NCBI GenBank assembly: GCA_963745035.1
Contig: CAVUVW010000027.1
Location: 64,001-128,000, forward strand
Direction: 5' to 3'
From: an uncultured delta proteobacterium
GTDB taxonomy: Bacteria; Desulfobacterota; Binatia; UBA9968
Length of the DNA stretch: 64,000 nucleotides
Of this stretch, positions 54,310 to 64,000 are shown piece by piece (the first letter of the stretch is position 1; each line of letters begins with the position of its first letter). The position numbers were made by a program, and so were the translations under genes. Below the pieces are notes generated by a model. The model had not been told where the DNA came from, made no database searches, and saw only the letters and a program-made list of their open reading frames with translations.

Positions 54310-55105
54310 TTACCTGGATGTTCTAGGTCTCAAGACTTTTTACATCAAGGCCGGCGCAGGCCATCCGATCGTGCTTTGCCACGGCGGTTCGCCGGGCACC
54401 TGCTCTTCGGTCAATTGGAAGCTCAACATCGAGCCGCTCGCGGCCGCCGGCTTCGAGGTTTTGGCCTTTGACCAGCCGGGCTTCGGTTTAACGGACAATC
54501 CCGTGGATTACTCGCTCGATTTTCGCTATCAGCACGCCAGGGCGTTCATTGATGCGATGGGAATCGAGCGTTATCATGTCGCGGGTAATTCCATGGGGGC
54601 ATACTTGGCGGCGCGCTTGGCGTTGGAGGATCCGCGGGCGGACCGATTGATTTTGATCTCCAGCAACACTTTGGCCCCGAAAGGGTCGCCGGCGTCGCAA
54701 GCGAAGTCGACGAAACACGCCGAGGAATTGCGCGCGTACACGCCGAGTTTTGAGAATATGCTCAAAATGACTCAAGGCACGCTCTATCACCAGGAGCTAG
54801 TCACTCGGGAGCTCGTCCAGGAGCGCTACGAGATGAGCACGGGCAAGAACTATGAAGCCCAGTTGAAACGCTACGATGCGCCAAAGTCAAAATCGTTGAC
54901 AGAGCAACTCGGCAATCTCACATGCAAGACCCTCATTATCTGGGGTAAAAACGATCACGGCACCTCAGTCGAGCAGGCCTGGTTGATGTTTGAAAAGATT
55001 CCCCGGGCAGAACTGCACATCTTCGACCAAGCTGCTCATTGGGTCCACTGGGATCATGCCGAACGAGTCAACGGTTTGATCGGCGATTATGTCAGGTTGG
55101 CCTAG
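54284..55105 (+). CDS. Meta-cleavage-product (C-C) hydrolase-like alpha/beta hydrolase (BphD/MhpC family)
   Basis: HGGSPG, DQPGFG, GNSMGA, WGKND and HWVHWDH motifs. Confidence 0.8.
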   Translation: MPKPHQSHDYLDVLGLKTFYIKAGAGHPIVLCHGGSPGTCSSVNWKLNIEPLAAAGFEVLAFDQPGFGLTDNPVDYSLDFRYQHARAFIDAMGIERYHVAGNSMGAYLAARLALEDPRADRLILISSNTLAPKGSPASQAKSTKHAEELRAYTPSFENMLKMTQGTLYHQELVTRELVQERYEMSTGKNYEAQLKRYDAPKSKSLTEQLGNLTCKTLIIWGKNDHGTSVEQAWLMFEKIPRAELHIFDQAAHWVHWDHAERVNGLIGDYVRLA

Positions 55106-55173
55106 CATTCTCGTTCGTATCCGGTGAAACATAATGAGTGATGATGAGGCCGACGCCAAGCGCGCGTATATCG

Positions 55174-55581
55174 ATGCTGAACCAAAGCGAAGCTGAGGAG
55201 ATCGTTCTTGCAAGACTCGGAGCTCGTTATGGAGGCGACCGCGTTCGTATCGTCGATGGTCAAACTGTGGAGCGCGCTTTCGGCTGGGTATTCACCTTGG
55301 CAGCGGATGGCTCCATGAACAATTCGGAAATCGAGCTTCCCCGGCAAGTGATTCTAAACAAGTATTCAGAACAACTCGTGGCATGTTCAGTTCAGCATTC
55401 GCCGAAGCAGTTGATCAAACTCTATGAAAAATTGTTGTCTCAACACCAATCAGGTGCGACAAACTGGTGCCTAACTGTTTCTTTTCCGTTTCCATGGCGG
55501 CGTTGGTGGAAAGGCTCAGTGGCGCAAAAGGCAAGTGAGTCGGGATTTTACGAGATCGGCACGAAGGAGGGGGATCGATGA
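55174..55581 (+). CDS. Hypothetical protein with a YrhB/Imm35-like N-terminus
   Basis: MLNQSEAEEIV...TVERAFGWVF pattern. Confidence 0.45.
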   Translation: MLNQSEAEEIVLARLGARYGGDRVRIVDGQTVERAFGWVFTLAADGSMNNSEIELPRQVILNKYSEQLVACSVQHSPKQLIKLYEKLLSQHQSGATNWCLTVSFPFPWRRWWKGSVAQKASESGFYEIGTKEGDR

Positions 55582-56576
55582 GAAGGGCCGTATGCGCTTC
55601 TGTCATTGGCACGGTATTTTTTGGTGTTCTTGCTGCGGCCGTGTTAAGCCAGGAGAAAAAACTTGAAAGGCTCCGTGTCGGCGGTGGATCGGCATCGGGA
55701 ACGCAGCTTTCGATGTGGCTCGCTAAAGAAGGAAACTTTTACGAAAAGCATGGTCTCAACGTCGAGGCGATCAGCATCCCCGGCAGCTCGCTCGCTATTC
55801 AAGCGATGCTCGCCGGCGAGCTGCCGATCATACAACTCGGCGGCGCCGCTTCGATCCAGGCAAATCTCGGCGGCGCGGATACCGTGATTATCGCGACAAT
55901 CGTGCGCAAGTTTCTATTTTGGATCTATGGACGGCCGGAAATCGGCAAGATGGAAGATCTCAAAGGCAAAGTGTTCGGCACGACCCGCTTCGGCACACTC
56001 TCCGATCTTGCTTCGCGCTTCGCGCTGCGGCTTCACGGCATCGATCCCGAGCGCGATATCACGATGATTCAGACCGGCGGGCCGGCGGAGACGGTGAGCG
56101 CCATGATGACGGGGAAGGTCCATGCGGCGGCGTTGACTCCGCCCGCTACTCTGCAAGCCAAGAAGACCAAGCTTAAGGAATTGTTGGACATGTCCAAGCT
56201 CGATGCCGAGTATCACATCAACGGCGTGGTCACCACCCGGAGATTTCTCAAGAGCAACGAAGATACCGTGCGGCGCTTTATGCGCGCTTATATCGAAGGC
56301 GCGGCGCGAGCTCAGAAAGACAAACCATTCGCGCTTAAAGCCATGACCAGAATCTTTCGCACCGATGATCGCGAGTTGTTGGACGAAACTTACGACATGA
56401 TCATCAAGACAAACTTCGCTATCCCGCCGCATCCGTCGATAGCCGGAATTGCGAGCCTTATCCAAGGGCTGGATAAAACAAATCCGAAAGCGAAGAGCGC
56501 CAAACCGGAAGACCACGCCGACGGTAAAATCGTGCGCGAGCTCGAGCAGAGCGGATTCATCAAAACGCTACAATAA
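55578..56576 (+). CDS. NMT1/SsuA-like ABC substrate-binding protein
   Basis: Signal peptide; WLAKEGNFYEKHGLNVE and DLKGKVFGTTRFG motifs. Confidence 0.88.
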   Translation: MRRAVCASVIGTVFFGVLAAAVLSQEKKLERLRVGGGSASGTQLSMWLAKEGNFYEKHGLNVEAISIPGSSLAIQAMLAGELPIIQLGGAASIQANLGGADTVIIATIVRKFLFWIYGRPEIGKMEDLKGKVFGTTRFGTLSDLASRFALRLHGIDPERDITMIQTGGPAETVSAMMTGKVHAAALTPPATLQAKKTKLKELLDMSKLDAEYHINGVVTTRRFLKSNEDTVRRFMRAYIEGAARAQKDKPFALKAMTRIFRTDDRELLDETYDMIIKTNFAIPPHPSIAGIASLIQGLDKTNPKAKSAKPEDHADGKIVRELEQSGFIKTLQ

Positions 56577-56729
56577 CAAATAAGCGTTCAAAAGGTTCAA
56601 GTCGTTCAAATCGTTCAACCCCCACCTCGTTCCTCCCCGGGGGCGCGGGGGAGGATGTAAGGAGGGGGCTTGAACTGAGCGCAGCGGTTGAACGGAGCGA
56701 AGCGATTGAGCTGCTTGAACAACTAATCC

Positions 56730-57770
56730 TTAGAGCCGGTAAAAGCGCTTGGCATTGTCGTAGATGATTTTCTTTTTGGCTTCGCGAGACAGATCCTTTC
56801 GGTCGAAGTACTCTTTGACGAGCTTGCGCATGTCGGTGCGGGTAGCTTCGTGGGGGAAGTCGGATGCCCACAGCAAGCAATCGTCGCCGAGCAGCTCGAC
56901 ATCTCGTTTGGTAGTGATCTCCTCGCCGCACTGAAAGTACAGCTGCTTGCGCGCGAGCAATTCGCGCGGCAGCACCGGGCGCTCGGCGGGCGCGACCCGC
57001 TCCTGGCGCTCTTCGATCTTGCTCATCAGAAACGCCGTCCAGCCGCAGCCGGCTTCGAGAAAGCCGAGCCGCAACTTTTTCAACTTGTTCATCACGCCGG
57101 AGAACATGATATTGGTGAACTGGCGCATCTGCGGGATCACGTGCGTGAGCGCCGCCGCTTCGTTGGGCACCAGATAGCGGTCGTTATCGCGAAGCGAATT
57201 GCACGAGTGGATCGATAGCGCGCAGCCCAGCTTGTCGGCTTCTTGATAGATAGGCCAAAACTGCCGATGACCCAAGGGCAGTTGCAGCCCGTCGGCGGGC
57301 AAGATGCCGCCGACCATTCCATATTTGTTCACCGCCCGGCGGAGTTCCTTCACAGCGCCTTGTGGATCTTGGAGCGGCAGCAGTGCCATGCCGCGGAAGC
57401 GGCCATCGTGCTTTAAAAAACGATCGTGCAGGTAATCGTTATAGGCGCGGCATAGCTCGACGGCATAGGGTGGATTGCCGATCTGGCCGATGTGCATGAA
57501 TCTTGTGGGGTAAAGGACAGTCAGCTCGAAGCCGCCTTCATCGAGCTTGCCCGCCCATTCGCGCCAATCCGGCACGCGGAAGTCCTGTTGGCGAAAATCG
57601 TTCGCGGGGATCGAACGGTGCCAACCATGATGCGGCGTCAAGGGAAAGTAAAGCAACGCATCGCGGCGCGCGCGATAGCCGGCGGACATGTACTCGATAA
57701 TCTCTTCGTCGGTTTCGCGCACGTGGCCGTCGGCGTCGATGATGCGCGCTTTCGCTTTTCCGTTCTTCAA
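56730..57770 (-). CDS. Amidohydrolase_2 family protein
   Basis: IIDADGHV, LSIH, FLEAGCGW and WASDFPH motifs; TTG start after GGAGG. Confidence 0.87.
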   Translation of the reverse strand: MKNGKAKARIIDADGHVRETDEEIIEYMSAGYRARRDALLYFPLTPHHGWHRSIPANDFRQQDFRVPDWREWAGKLDEGGFELTVLYPTRFMHIGQIGNPPYAVELCRAYNDYLHDRFLKHDGRFRGMALLPLQDPQGAVKELRRAVNKYGMVGGILPADGLQLPLGHRQFWPIYQEADKLGCALSIHSCNSLRDNDRYLVPNEAAALTHVIPQMRQFTNIMFSGVMNKLKKLRLGFLEAGCGWTAFLMSKIEERQERVAPAERPVLPRELLARKQLYFQCGEEITTKRDVELLGDDCLLWASDFPHEATRTDMRKLVKEYFDRKDLSREAKKKIIYDNAKRFYRL

Positions 57771-57902
57771 GATTGCCTCCGTCGTTTGCGTTGATTTTCT
57801 CGCATGGAGCGTAATCGCTGTCAACGAAGTGGAGTGCCGCCATCGCGAGCTTCCTAGGATCGCCGGTTAGAGTTTCTACCTGAGCTACGCTAAGCTGACA
57901 CG

Positions 57903-60900
57903 ATGAGCGGTTCCTTGACAGCCCGCTTCTTCAATCAAGTCGATCGACTTTCACAGGAGCGCGGCCGCCGTTATTTTCTACGCGGCGCGGTGAGTTTCAT
58001 CGAGGGCAGCAACACGTCCATCCATGCCGGTGTGCAAGGGACACGTCTGTACGACGTCGACATCTCGATCGACAAGCGCGTCATCGACGCCTCGTGCACG
58101 TGCCCTTTCTTCGAGCGGGAGCTCGATCCTTGTAAGCATATTTGGGCGGCGCTGCTCGCCGCGGAACAGAGCGGCTTTCTCGCGGCTTTGGAAGCCATTC
58201 CTGCGCCGCATTTGCGAGGCGTGGCGCCCAAACCGGCTTCAAAAAAGATGGCGGCATCGCGCGGCAACGCGAAAAATTTGCGGGAGGCGAGCTGGCGGCA
58301 CCAACTGCTCAGCCTGCGCACTCAACTCGAAGGCGACGGCCGCGGCAGGAGTCACCGCGGCGGAGCAGAGCGCGTCTTGAATTATTTCATCGATGCCGGG
58401 GAGACGACCGGCAGAGGCGCATTGGCACTCCAAGTTGGACTTGCCGAGCGCAAGACCGATGGCGATTGGGGCAAGCTCAAGTTCAGGAGACTGAACCGGC
58501 AGGATATCGGCTTACTCAGCGACAGCGACGATCGGCACATACTCGCCATGCTGCTTGGAGCGCTCGCCCAGGCAGATTACGGGTACTCGTCTTATTTATC
58601 CTATGGCTCGGCTGCGAACAGCTTTGAAATCGCCCCGGCGCTATGGGAGATCGCGCTGTCGCGCATCTGCGCCACCGGCCGTTGCTTTTTGCGCGATCCT
58701 TCCGGCGCGAGCAAAACAGATTCGTCGCTGCAATGGGATGACGGTGCCGCCTGGGAGTTTCGCCTGCGCGTCACGCTCGCGAACGGGAAAAAATACTATC
58801 GCTTGAACGGCTTCCTGAGACGCGATCCGGTGGAGATGCCCTTGACCCAGGCTGCGCTACTCGTTCCTGGTGGTCTTGTTTTCCACGACGGCCGAATCGC
58901 CCGGATGAACGACTACGGCGCGTTTCCCTGGATTTCTCTGTTGCGCTCGCGTGAGACAATCTTGTTTCCCAAAGCCGATGCGGACGAATTCATCGACCAG
59001 CTCGTGCGCTTGCCTCGGCAGACGCCTCTCGATCTGCCCGAGGAGCTGCACTTCGAGCGAATTACTGCGGACCCCAAACCCAATCTAGTCATCAAACCGG
59101 GAAAACCTGATACATGGGGGCGCGACTTCGTCATCGGCGAGTTGATGTTTGAGTACGCCGGCAGTCATGTGGCGGCGGAGCCGGCGACAGCTAACGTGTA
59201 TCAAAAGGCCGAGCGGCGCGTTATCGAACGCGATACAGCAGCCGAGAACGCGGCAAAAAACCGGTTGGCTCAGCTCGGGTTTCGCATCTCCCGGCGCTCG
59301 ATAGACGGTTCGCTGGAGCTCGCTGCCGAGCGCGTGCCTCGGGTCGTGCGCACCCTCGCTCAAGAAGGCTGGCGGGTGGAGGCGGAAGGAAAACTCTACC
59401 GGAACGCGGGCGCTCTGCGCTTGGAGATCAGCTCGGGAGTCGATTGGTTCGATCTGCAAGGCACTGCGAAGTTTGGCGATGTCGAGGTGGCGCTGCCCAA
59501 ATTGCTGCGCGCCATCAAGCACGGCGAAAATACCGTGCGGCTGGACGACGGCTCGTTGGGCATCATCCCGGAGGAATGGCTCGCCAAATATCGACTCCTC
59601 GCCGGGCTGGGCGATCTCGACCGGGATCACCTGCGCTTCACTCGGCCGCAGGCTGGATTGCTCGATGTTTTGCTTGCGGGCGAGCCGGAGGTGCGGTTCG
59701 ATCCGCTCTTTGAGCGGGTGCGTAATGAGCTCAAAGGATTCGCAGGGGTCCGAGCGGCGGACCCGTCTCCGAGCTTTGGCGGCACCCTGCGCGACTACCA
59801 ACGCGAAGGGCTGGGTTGGCTCCAATTTCTGCAGCGCTTCGGATTCGGCGGTTGTCTGGCAGATGACATGGGCTTGGGTAAGACGATCCAGGTGCTGGCG
59901 CTATTGGATTCGCAGCGCAGCGAAGCGGCGAGCGATTCCAGACCGAGACCGCGCACGTCCCTCGTGGTCGTGCCGCGTTCTCTGGTGTTTCACTGGCGCG
60001 AAGAAGCGGCGCGCTTCGCTCCGGAGCTGCGAATTTTGGAACACTTTGGAGTCGGACGTCGCCATCCCGGCGAGCACTTCGGCGAGTATGATGTGGTCAT
60101 CACGACGTATGGGACCTTGGCGCGCGACGCTTTGCGCTTCAAAGACGTTGCTTTTGACTACTGCATTCTCGACGAAGCGCAAGCGATCAAGAACGCGGGC
60201 ACGCTCTCGGCGAAGGCTGCCCGCCTCATCCATGCCGAGCAACGATTGGCGCTCAGCGGCACGCCCGTGCAAAATCACTTGGGCGAGCTCTGGAGCCTCT
60301 TCGAGTTTCTCAACCCCGGCATGCTCGGCGGCGCGACCGTGTTTGGCGCCATCGGACGCAATCCGGATGCAGGAACACGCGCACTTTTGGCCCGGGCGTT
60401 GCGGCCGTTTATCCTGCGTCGAACCAAAGAACAGGTTGCCAAAGAGCTGCCCGCCAAAACCGAGCAGACTATTTATTGCGACCTCGAGCCACGCGAGCGA
60501 AAAAATTATGACGAGTTGCGCGACTATTATCGCGCTCGACTGCTCAAGCCCAATGCGGATGACGTTGCGACGGGCCGGTTCAAGTTTCAGGTGCTCGAAG
60601 CATTGCTGCGCCTGCGCCAAGCGGCGTGCCATCCGGGATTGGTCGACAAGCGAAGAGTCGAGGAGTCGAGCGCAAAGATCGATACTTTGCTGGCGCAGCT
60701 TGATCAGGTCCTCGAAGAAGAGCACAAGGTCCTAGTCTTTTCGCAATTCACCAGCCTGCTTGCCATCGTCCGGACGCGGCTGGATCGGGGCAAGATTCCT
60801 TACGTTTACCTCGACGGACGCACGCGCGATCGTCAGGCGCGGGTGGAGCAGTTTCAAAACGATCCGGCGATGAAGCTGTTTCTGATCAGCTTGAAGGCGG

Positions 60901-61175
60901 GCGGTCTCGGTCTCAACCTGCACGCCGCGGAATATGTTTACCTGCTCGACCCGTGGTGGAACCCGGCGGTCGAAACGCAAGCCATCGATCGCGCGCACCG
61001 CATTGGCCAGACGCGTCAGGTCTTTGCTTACCGGTTGATCGCGCGTCAAACCGTGGAAGAAAAAGTCCTCGAGCTGCAGCGCTCCAAGCGCGATCTTGCC
61101 GACGCAATCATCAGCGCGGACAATAGTCTGCTGCATAATTTGACGCGGGAAGACTTGGAGTTGCTGCTGTCGTAA
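57903..61175 (+). CDS. SWIM zinc finger plus SNF2-family helicase/ATPase
   Basis: CTCP...CKH SWIM motif; LRDYQ, LADDMGLGKT, DEAQ, SGTP, GLGLNL and QAIDRAHRIGQ motifs. Confidence 0.93.
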   Translation: MSGSLTARFFNQVDRLSQERGRRYFLRGAVSFIEGSNTSIHAGVQGTRLYDVDISIDKRVIDASCTCPFFERELDPCKHIWAALLAAEQSGFLAALEAIPAPHLRGVAPKPASKKMAASRGNAKNLREASWRHQLLSLRTQLEGDGRGRSHRGGAERVLNYFIDAGETTGRGALALQVGLAERKTDGDWGKLKFRRLNRQDIGLLSDSDDRHILAMLLGALAQADYGYSSYLSYGSAANSFEIAPALWEIALSRICATGRCFLRDPSGASKTDSSLQWDDGAAWEFRLRVTLANGKKYYRLNGFLRRDPVEMPLTQAALLVPGGLVFHDGRIARMNDYGAFPWISLLRSRETILFPKADADEFIDQLVRLPRQTPLDLPEELHFERITADPKPNLVIKPGKPDTWGRDFVIGELMFEYAGSHVAAEPATANVYQKAERRVIERDTAAENAAKNRLAQLGFRISRRSIDGSLELAAERVPRVVRTLAQEGWRVEAEGKLYRNAGALRLEISSGVDWFDLQGTAKFGDVEVALPKLLRAIKHGENTVRLDDGSLGIIPEEWLAKYRLLAGLGDLDRDHLRFTRPQAGLLDVLLAGEPEVRFDPLFERVRNELKGFAGVRAADPSPSFGGTLRDYQREGLGWLQFLQRFGFGGCLADDMGLGKTIQVLALLDSQRSEAASDSRPRPRTSLVVVPRSLVFHWREEAARFAPELRILEHFGVGRRHPGEHFGEYDVVITTYGTLARDALRFKDVAFDYCILDEAQAIKNAGTLSAKAARLIHAEQRLALSGTPVQNHLGELWSLFEFLNPGMLGGATVFGAIGRNPDAGTRALLARALRPFILRRTKEQVAKELPAKTEQTIYCDLEPRERKNYDELRDYYRARLLKPNADDVATGRFKFQVLEALLRLRQAACHPGLVDKRRVEESSAKIDTLLAQLDQVLEEEHKVLVFSQFTSLLAIVRTRLDRGKIPYVYLDGRTRDRQARVEQFQNDPAMKLFLISLKAGGLGLNLHAAEYVYLLDPWWNPAVETQAIDRAHRIGQTRQVFAYRLIARQTVEEKVLELQRSKRDLADAIISADNSLLHNLTREDLELLLS

Positions 61176-61355
61176 AGATTCGGTCCGGCGACGAAAAGGA
61201 AGTGGGGAAAGATTTCTCGCGGAGTTTACCCTGAGCCTTGCCGAAGGGCTCGAAATGACAAGACGGACCAGTTTCAGGTGGAGTCCATTGGTTGACAGTT
61301 GCCTATCAGTCTCTGTAATCTCTTTCATCAGTCGACAACCTAGGGAGGATTTCGC

Positions 61356-63071
61356 ATGGCTTACGACATTCTCATCAAAGGCGGGCGGATTTACGACGGC
61401 AGTGGGTTGCCTTCTTATCTCGGTGATGTCGCGGTCAAGGACGGACGGATCGTCGAGACCGGGCGCATCAATGGTAGCGCGGCGCGCGTCGTCAACGCCG
61501 ACGGGCTCGCGGTGTCGCCGGGCTTCATCGATTTTCACACCCATCTCGACGCGCAACTTCTCTGGGATCCGCTGGCGACCTCTTCCTGCTACCACGGCGT
61601 GACGACGGTTATCCCCGGCAACTGCGGGTTGTCGTTGGCGCCGTGTAAAGAACCGGACCGCGAGACGATCCTCAAGAGCTTTGAGCGCGTCGAGGCGATC
61701 ACCTTGCCGGCATTGAAGGCGGGCGTGAAGTGGAGCTTCACGACGTTCGGGCAGTATCTTGACGCCCTGCGCGGCAAACTCGGTGTCAACGTCGCTTCGC
61801 TGGTGGGCCACTGCGCGCTGCGCCAGTTCGTCATGGGTGATGCGTCCATCGAGCGCGCCGCGACGCCGGCGGAAATCCATCAGATGAAGGAAGTGCTCAA
61901 AGCCAGCGTGCGCGCCGGTGCGGCGGGCTTCTCGACCAATCAAAACCCCGTGCATATGTACGCCGACGGCACGCCGATTCAGAGCCGCTTCGCCACCGAC
62001 GAAGAGATCGTCGAACTCGCCTGCGCGCTCGGCGAAATCAATCAAGGCGCGATACAGATTTCGCGCGGTTCTCTCGGCGTATCGGTTCCTATGCGCGAGA
62101 GCGTGCAACTGTTCGACGAGATCTCGAGCCGGTCGGGCCGGCCGGTGATCTGGCAGAGCATCACGCACCGTTGGGACAAGCCCAACGAATGGCGCCAATT
62201 ATTGGACCTGGCGAAAGAATCTATAGACCGGGGCGTGCAGTCTTATCCGCTGTGCAACGCGCGCTTGTTCAACAACCGGCTGACGATGAAAAACGCTCAA
62301 GTCTTCGACGATCTGCCGACCTGGAAGACGATTCTCTTCCTGCCGCTCGAAGCGCGCATCGCGGCGATCAAAGATCCGGAGACGCGCAAGAAGATGCGCT
62401 ACGAGGCAGTGGAAGAAAAGAAGTCGTCGCGATTCTCACGGCGTTGGGACCTGGTGTACTTGATCAACGCCGTCAAGCCGGAGAACAAACACCTGGAGAA
62501 GAAGAGCGTGGCGGAGATCGCCAAGATCCGCGGCCAGGACGTGATCGATGCCTTCCTCGATCTTTCTCTCGAAGAGGGCTTGGACACCGAGTTTCAAACT
62601 TCGAGCACGAACGGCGACGAGGAAGCGGTGGCGGAAATCATCCGCAGCCCCTACGTGCTCGTCGGCCAGTCCGACGCCGGCGCCCATCTGATCTACGACG
62701 CCGGCTTCGGCTATGCCACGCGCTTGCTCGGCTACTGGGTGCGCGAGAAGCAGATCATGACTGTGGAAGAAGCCGTGCGCAAACTGACCTTCATGGTTGC
62801 GTCGATCTTCGGTCTGCCGAATCGCGGCCTGCTGCGGTCCGGTATGGCGGCCGACCTGTGCGTCTTCGACCCGGCGACGATCCGCGAATGTGATCCGGAA
62901 ATGGTCCAGGACCTGCCCGGCAATGAGAAACGCTTTATCCAAAAAGCCAATGGCATCGAAATGACCATCGTCAACGGCGAAGTGCTGGTGGAAAAGGACA
63001 ACCACACCGGTGCGCTGCCCGGAGCCGTGCTCGGCGGCGGCAACGGCCATGGGCTGCAGGTGGCGGCGTAG
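61356..63071 (+). CDS. N-acyl-D-amino-acid deacylase-like amidohydrolase
   Basis: PGFIDFHTHLD, GVTTVIPGNCG and SDAGAH motifs; TTGACA at 61292 upstream. Confidence 0.88.
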   Translation: MAYDILIKGGRIYDGSGLPSYLGDVAVKDGRIVETGRINGSAARVVNADGLAVSPGFIDFHTHLDAQLLWDPLATSSCYHGVTTVIPGNCGLSLAPCKEPDRETILKSFERVEAITLPALKAGVKWSFTTFGQYLDALRGKLGVNVASLVGHCALRQFVMGDASIERAATPAEIHQMKEVLKASVRAGAAGFSTNQNPVHMYADGTPIQSRFATDEEIVELACALGEINQGAIQISRGSLGVSVPMRESVQLFDEISSRSGRPVIWQSITHRWDKPNEWRQLLDLAKESIDRGVQSYPLCNARLFNNRLTMKNAQVFDDLPTWKTILFLPLEARIAAIKDPETRKKMRYEAVEEKKSSRFSRRWDLVYLINAVKPENKHLEKKSVAEIAKIRGQDVIDAFLDLSLEEGLDTEFQTSSTNGDEEAVAEIIRSPYVLVGQSDAGAHLIYDAGFGYATRLLGYWVREKQIMTVEEAVRKLTFMVASIFGLPNRGLLRSGMAADLCVFDPATIRECDPEMVQDLPGNEKRFIQKANGIEMTIVNGEVLVEKDNHTGALPGAVLGGGNGHGLQVAA

Positions 63072-63306
63072 GAACGCAGAATAGCGCCCGCAAAGGCTCA
63101 AAAATGGCGCAACCGATTCGGGAGGAATTGGTTCAACGAAGTTCACGAATTCACGAATAGTTAAGCGGATTAAGTCGCAAACTCGTGACTTTTGGCGCGA
63201 TTGCCTGCCCCCGTAATCGCGGCGTGAGGAAGAGGAGGGGGAAAAAAAATTAGCGTAAGCGGGTTGAACGCGCTTGAACGATTGGAACGGAAGTTAAGGA
63301 TGAATT

Positions 63307-64000
63307 ATGGGCGCCACTGAGAAAATTGCCCAGTTCATAGTAGACACCGACTACGGAGACATACCTGGCGGTGCCGTGGAGAAAGCCAAGCGAACGGCGC
63401 TCGACTGCGTGGGAGCCGCGCTGGCCGGCGTTGTCGAGCCGGTCAGCCAAACCATCACAGATTATGTAAGAAGCTCGGGGGGCCGCCCAGGCATCCGTGT
63501 TTGGCGCGGGTCTCAAAGTTTCGGTTGCAGACGCTGCCTTGGCGAATGGCTGCATCTCCCACGCTCTCGACTACGACGACTGCGGCGTAAAGATCGGCCA
63601 TCCCAGCGTCTTAGTTCTCCGGCGGTGCTTAGCCTTGGCGAGCATTTGGCGCGTCGGGCAAAGATATACTGACTGCTTACATCTTGGGGCTGGAAGTCGA
63701 AGGCAAGCTTGCGCTCCACGCCGACTTCAAGCTCATGCAGGCCCGCCTGAATCACCAGACCTGGTACGGTTCCATCGGCGCGGCTGCCGCCTGCGCCAAG
63801 CTTTTTAAGTTGGATGTAGCCAAGACCAGAATGGCACTGGGCATCGCTGCAAACTTTGCGTGCGGCCTGTCGGCCAATCACGGCAGCATGGCCGGCGCGA
63901 TGGCGGCGGGCAACGCTTGCCGTAACGGCGTGGTTGCTGCGCTCATGGCGGAAGGCGGAATCACGGCCAACCCCGACATCATCGAAGTGAAGAACGGTTT
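63307..64000 (+). CDS. MmgE/PrpD family protein (frameshifted; runs off the window end)
   Basis: AKRTALDCVGAALAG; AALANGCISHALDYDD...HPS; GSIGAAAACAKL in successive frames. Confidence 0.8.

Noticed and set aside
57903-61175. SWIM-SNF2 helicase (with the SWIB protein at 34462) as a defence or chromatin-remodelling system
   Set aside because: Both are widespread stand-alone bacterial genes, 23 kb apart, with no methylase, nuclease or other defence partner adjacent

Overview
High-GC bacterial DNA, densely coding (about 60 genes). No rRNA, tRNA, CRISPR array, integrase or intact transposase was seen. The gene content (many orphan NMT1/TctC/TAXI solute-binding proteins, amidohydrolases, Rieske oxygenases, hydantoinase/oxoprolinase subunits, MmgE/PrpD) suggests Candidatus Binatia/Binatota or a similar deltaproteobacterial lineage; this is inference. 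Numerous 1-bp frameshifts, including one in dnaK, suggest an unpolished long-read assembly. Three blocks stand out. (1) 7.3-27.2 kb: a stress-type region with an AI-2E transporter, BON, YtxH, DUF3309, DUF3096, DUF1328 and PRC-barrel genes, an encapsulated ferritin plus family 1 encapsulin pair, and a J-protein-dnaK-grpE-cbpA-cbpM-clpB operon. Five of its transcription units are preceded by sigma-54 -24/-12 motifs, and four of those share a candidate upstream activator motif. (2) 27.5-57.8 kb: a catabolic region containing an AT-richer, partly decayed phthalate-like cassette wedged between two hydantoinase-B paralogues, and a FadR-regulated Rieske/cupin/C-C hydrolase operon. Several periplasmic-binding-fold proteins here lack signal peptides, and no cognate permeases are present. 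(3) 57.9-64 kb: a SWIM-SNF2 helicase, a D-aminoacylase-like gene and MmgE/PrpD. Intergenic gaps are full of REP-like palindromes and 7-/9-nt periodic inverted repeats. Two small gene relics (Rieske and phosphoketolase) and a candidate structured RNA were found by reading the sequence directly.
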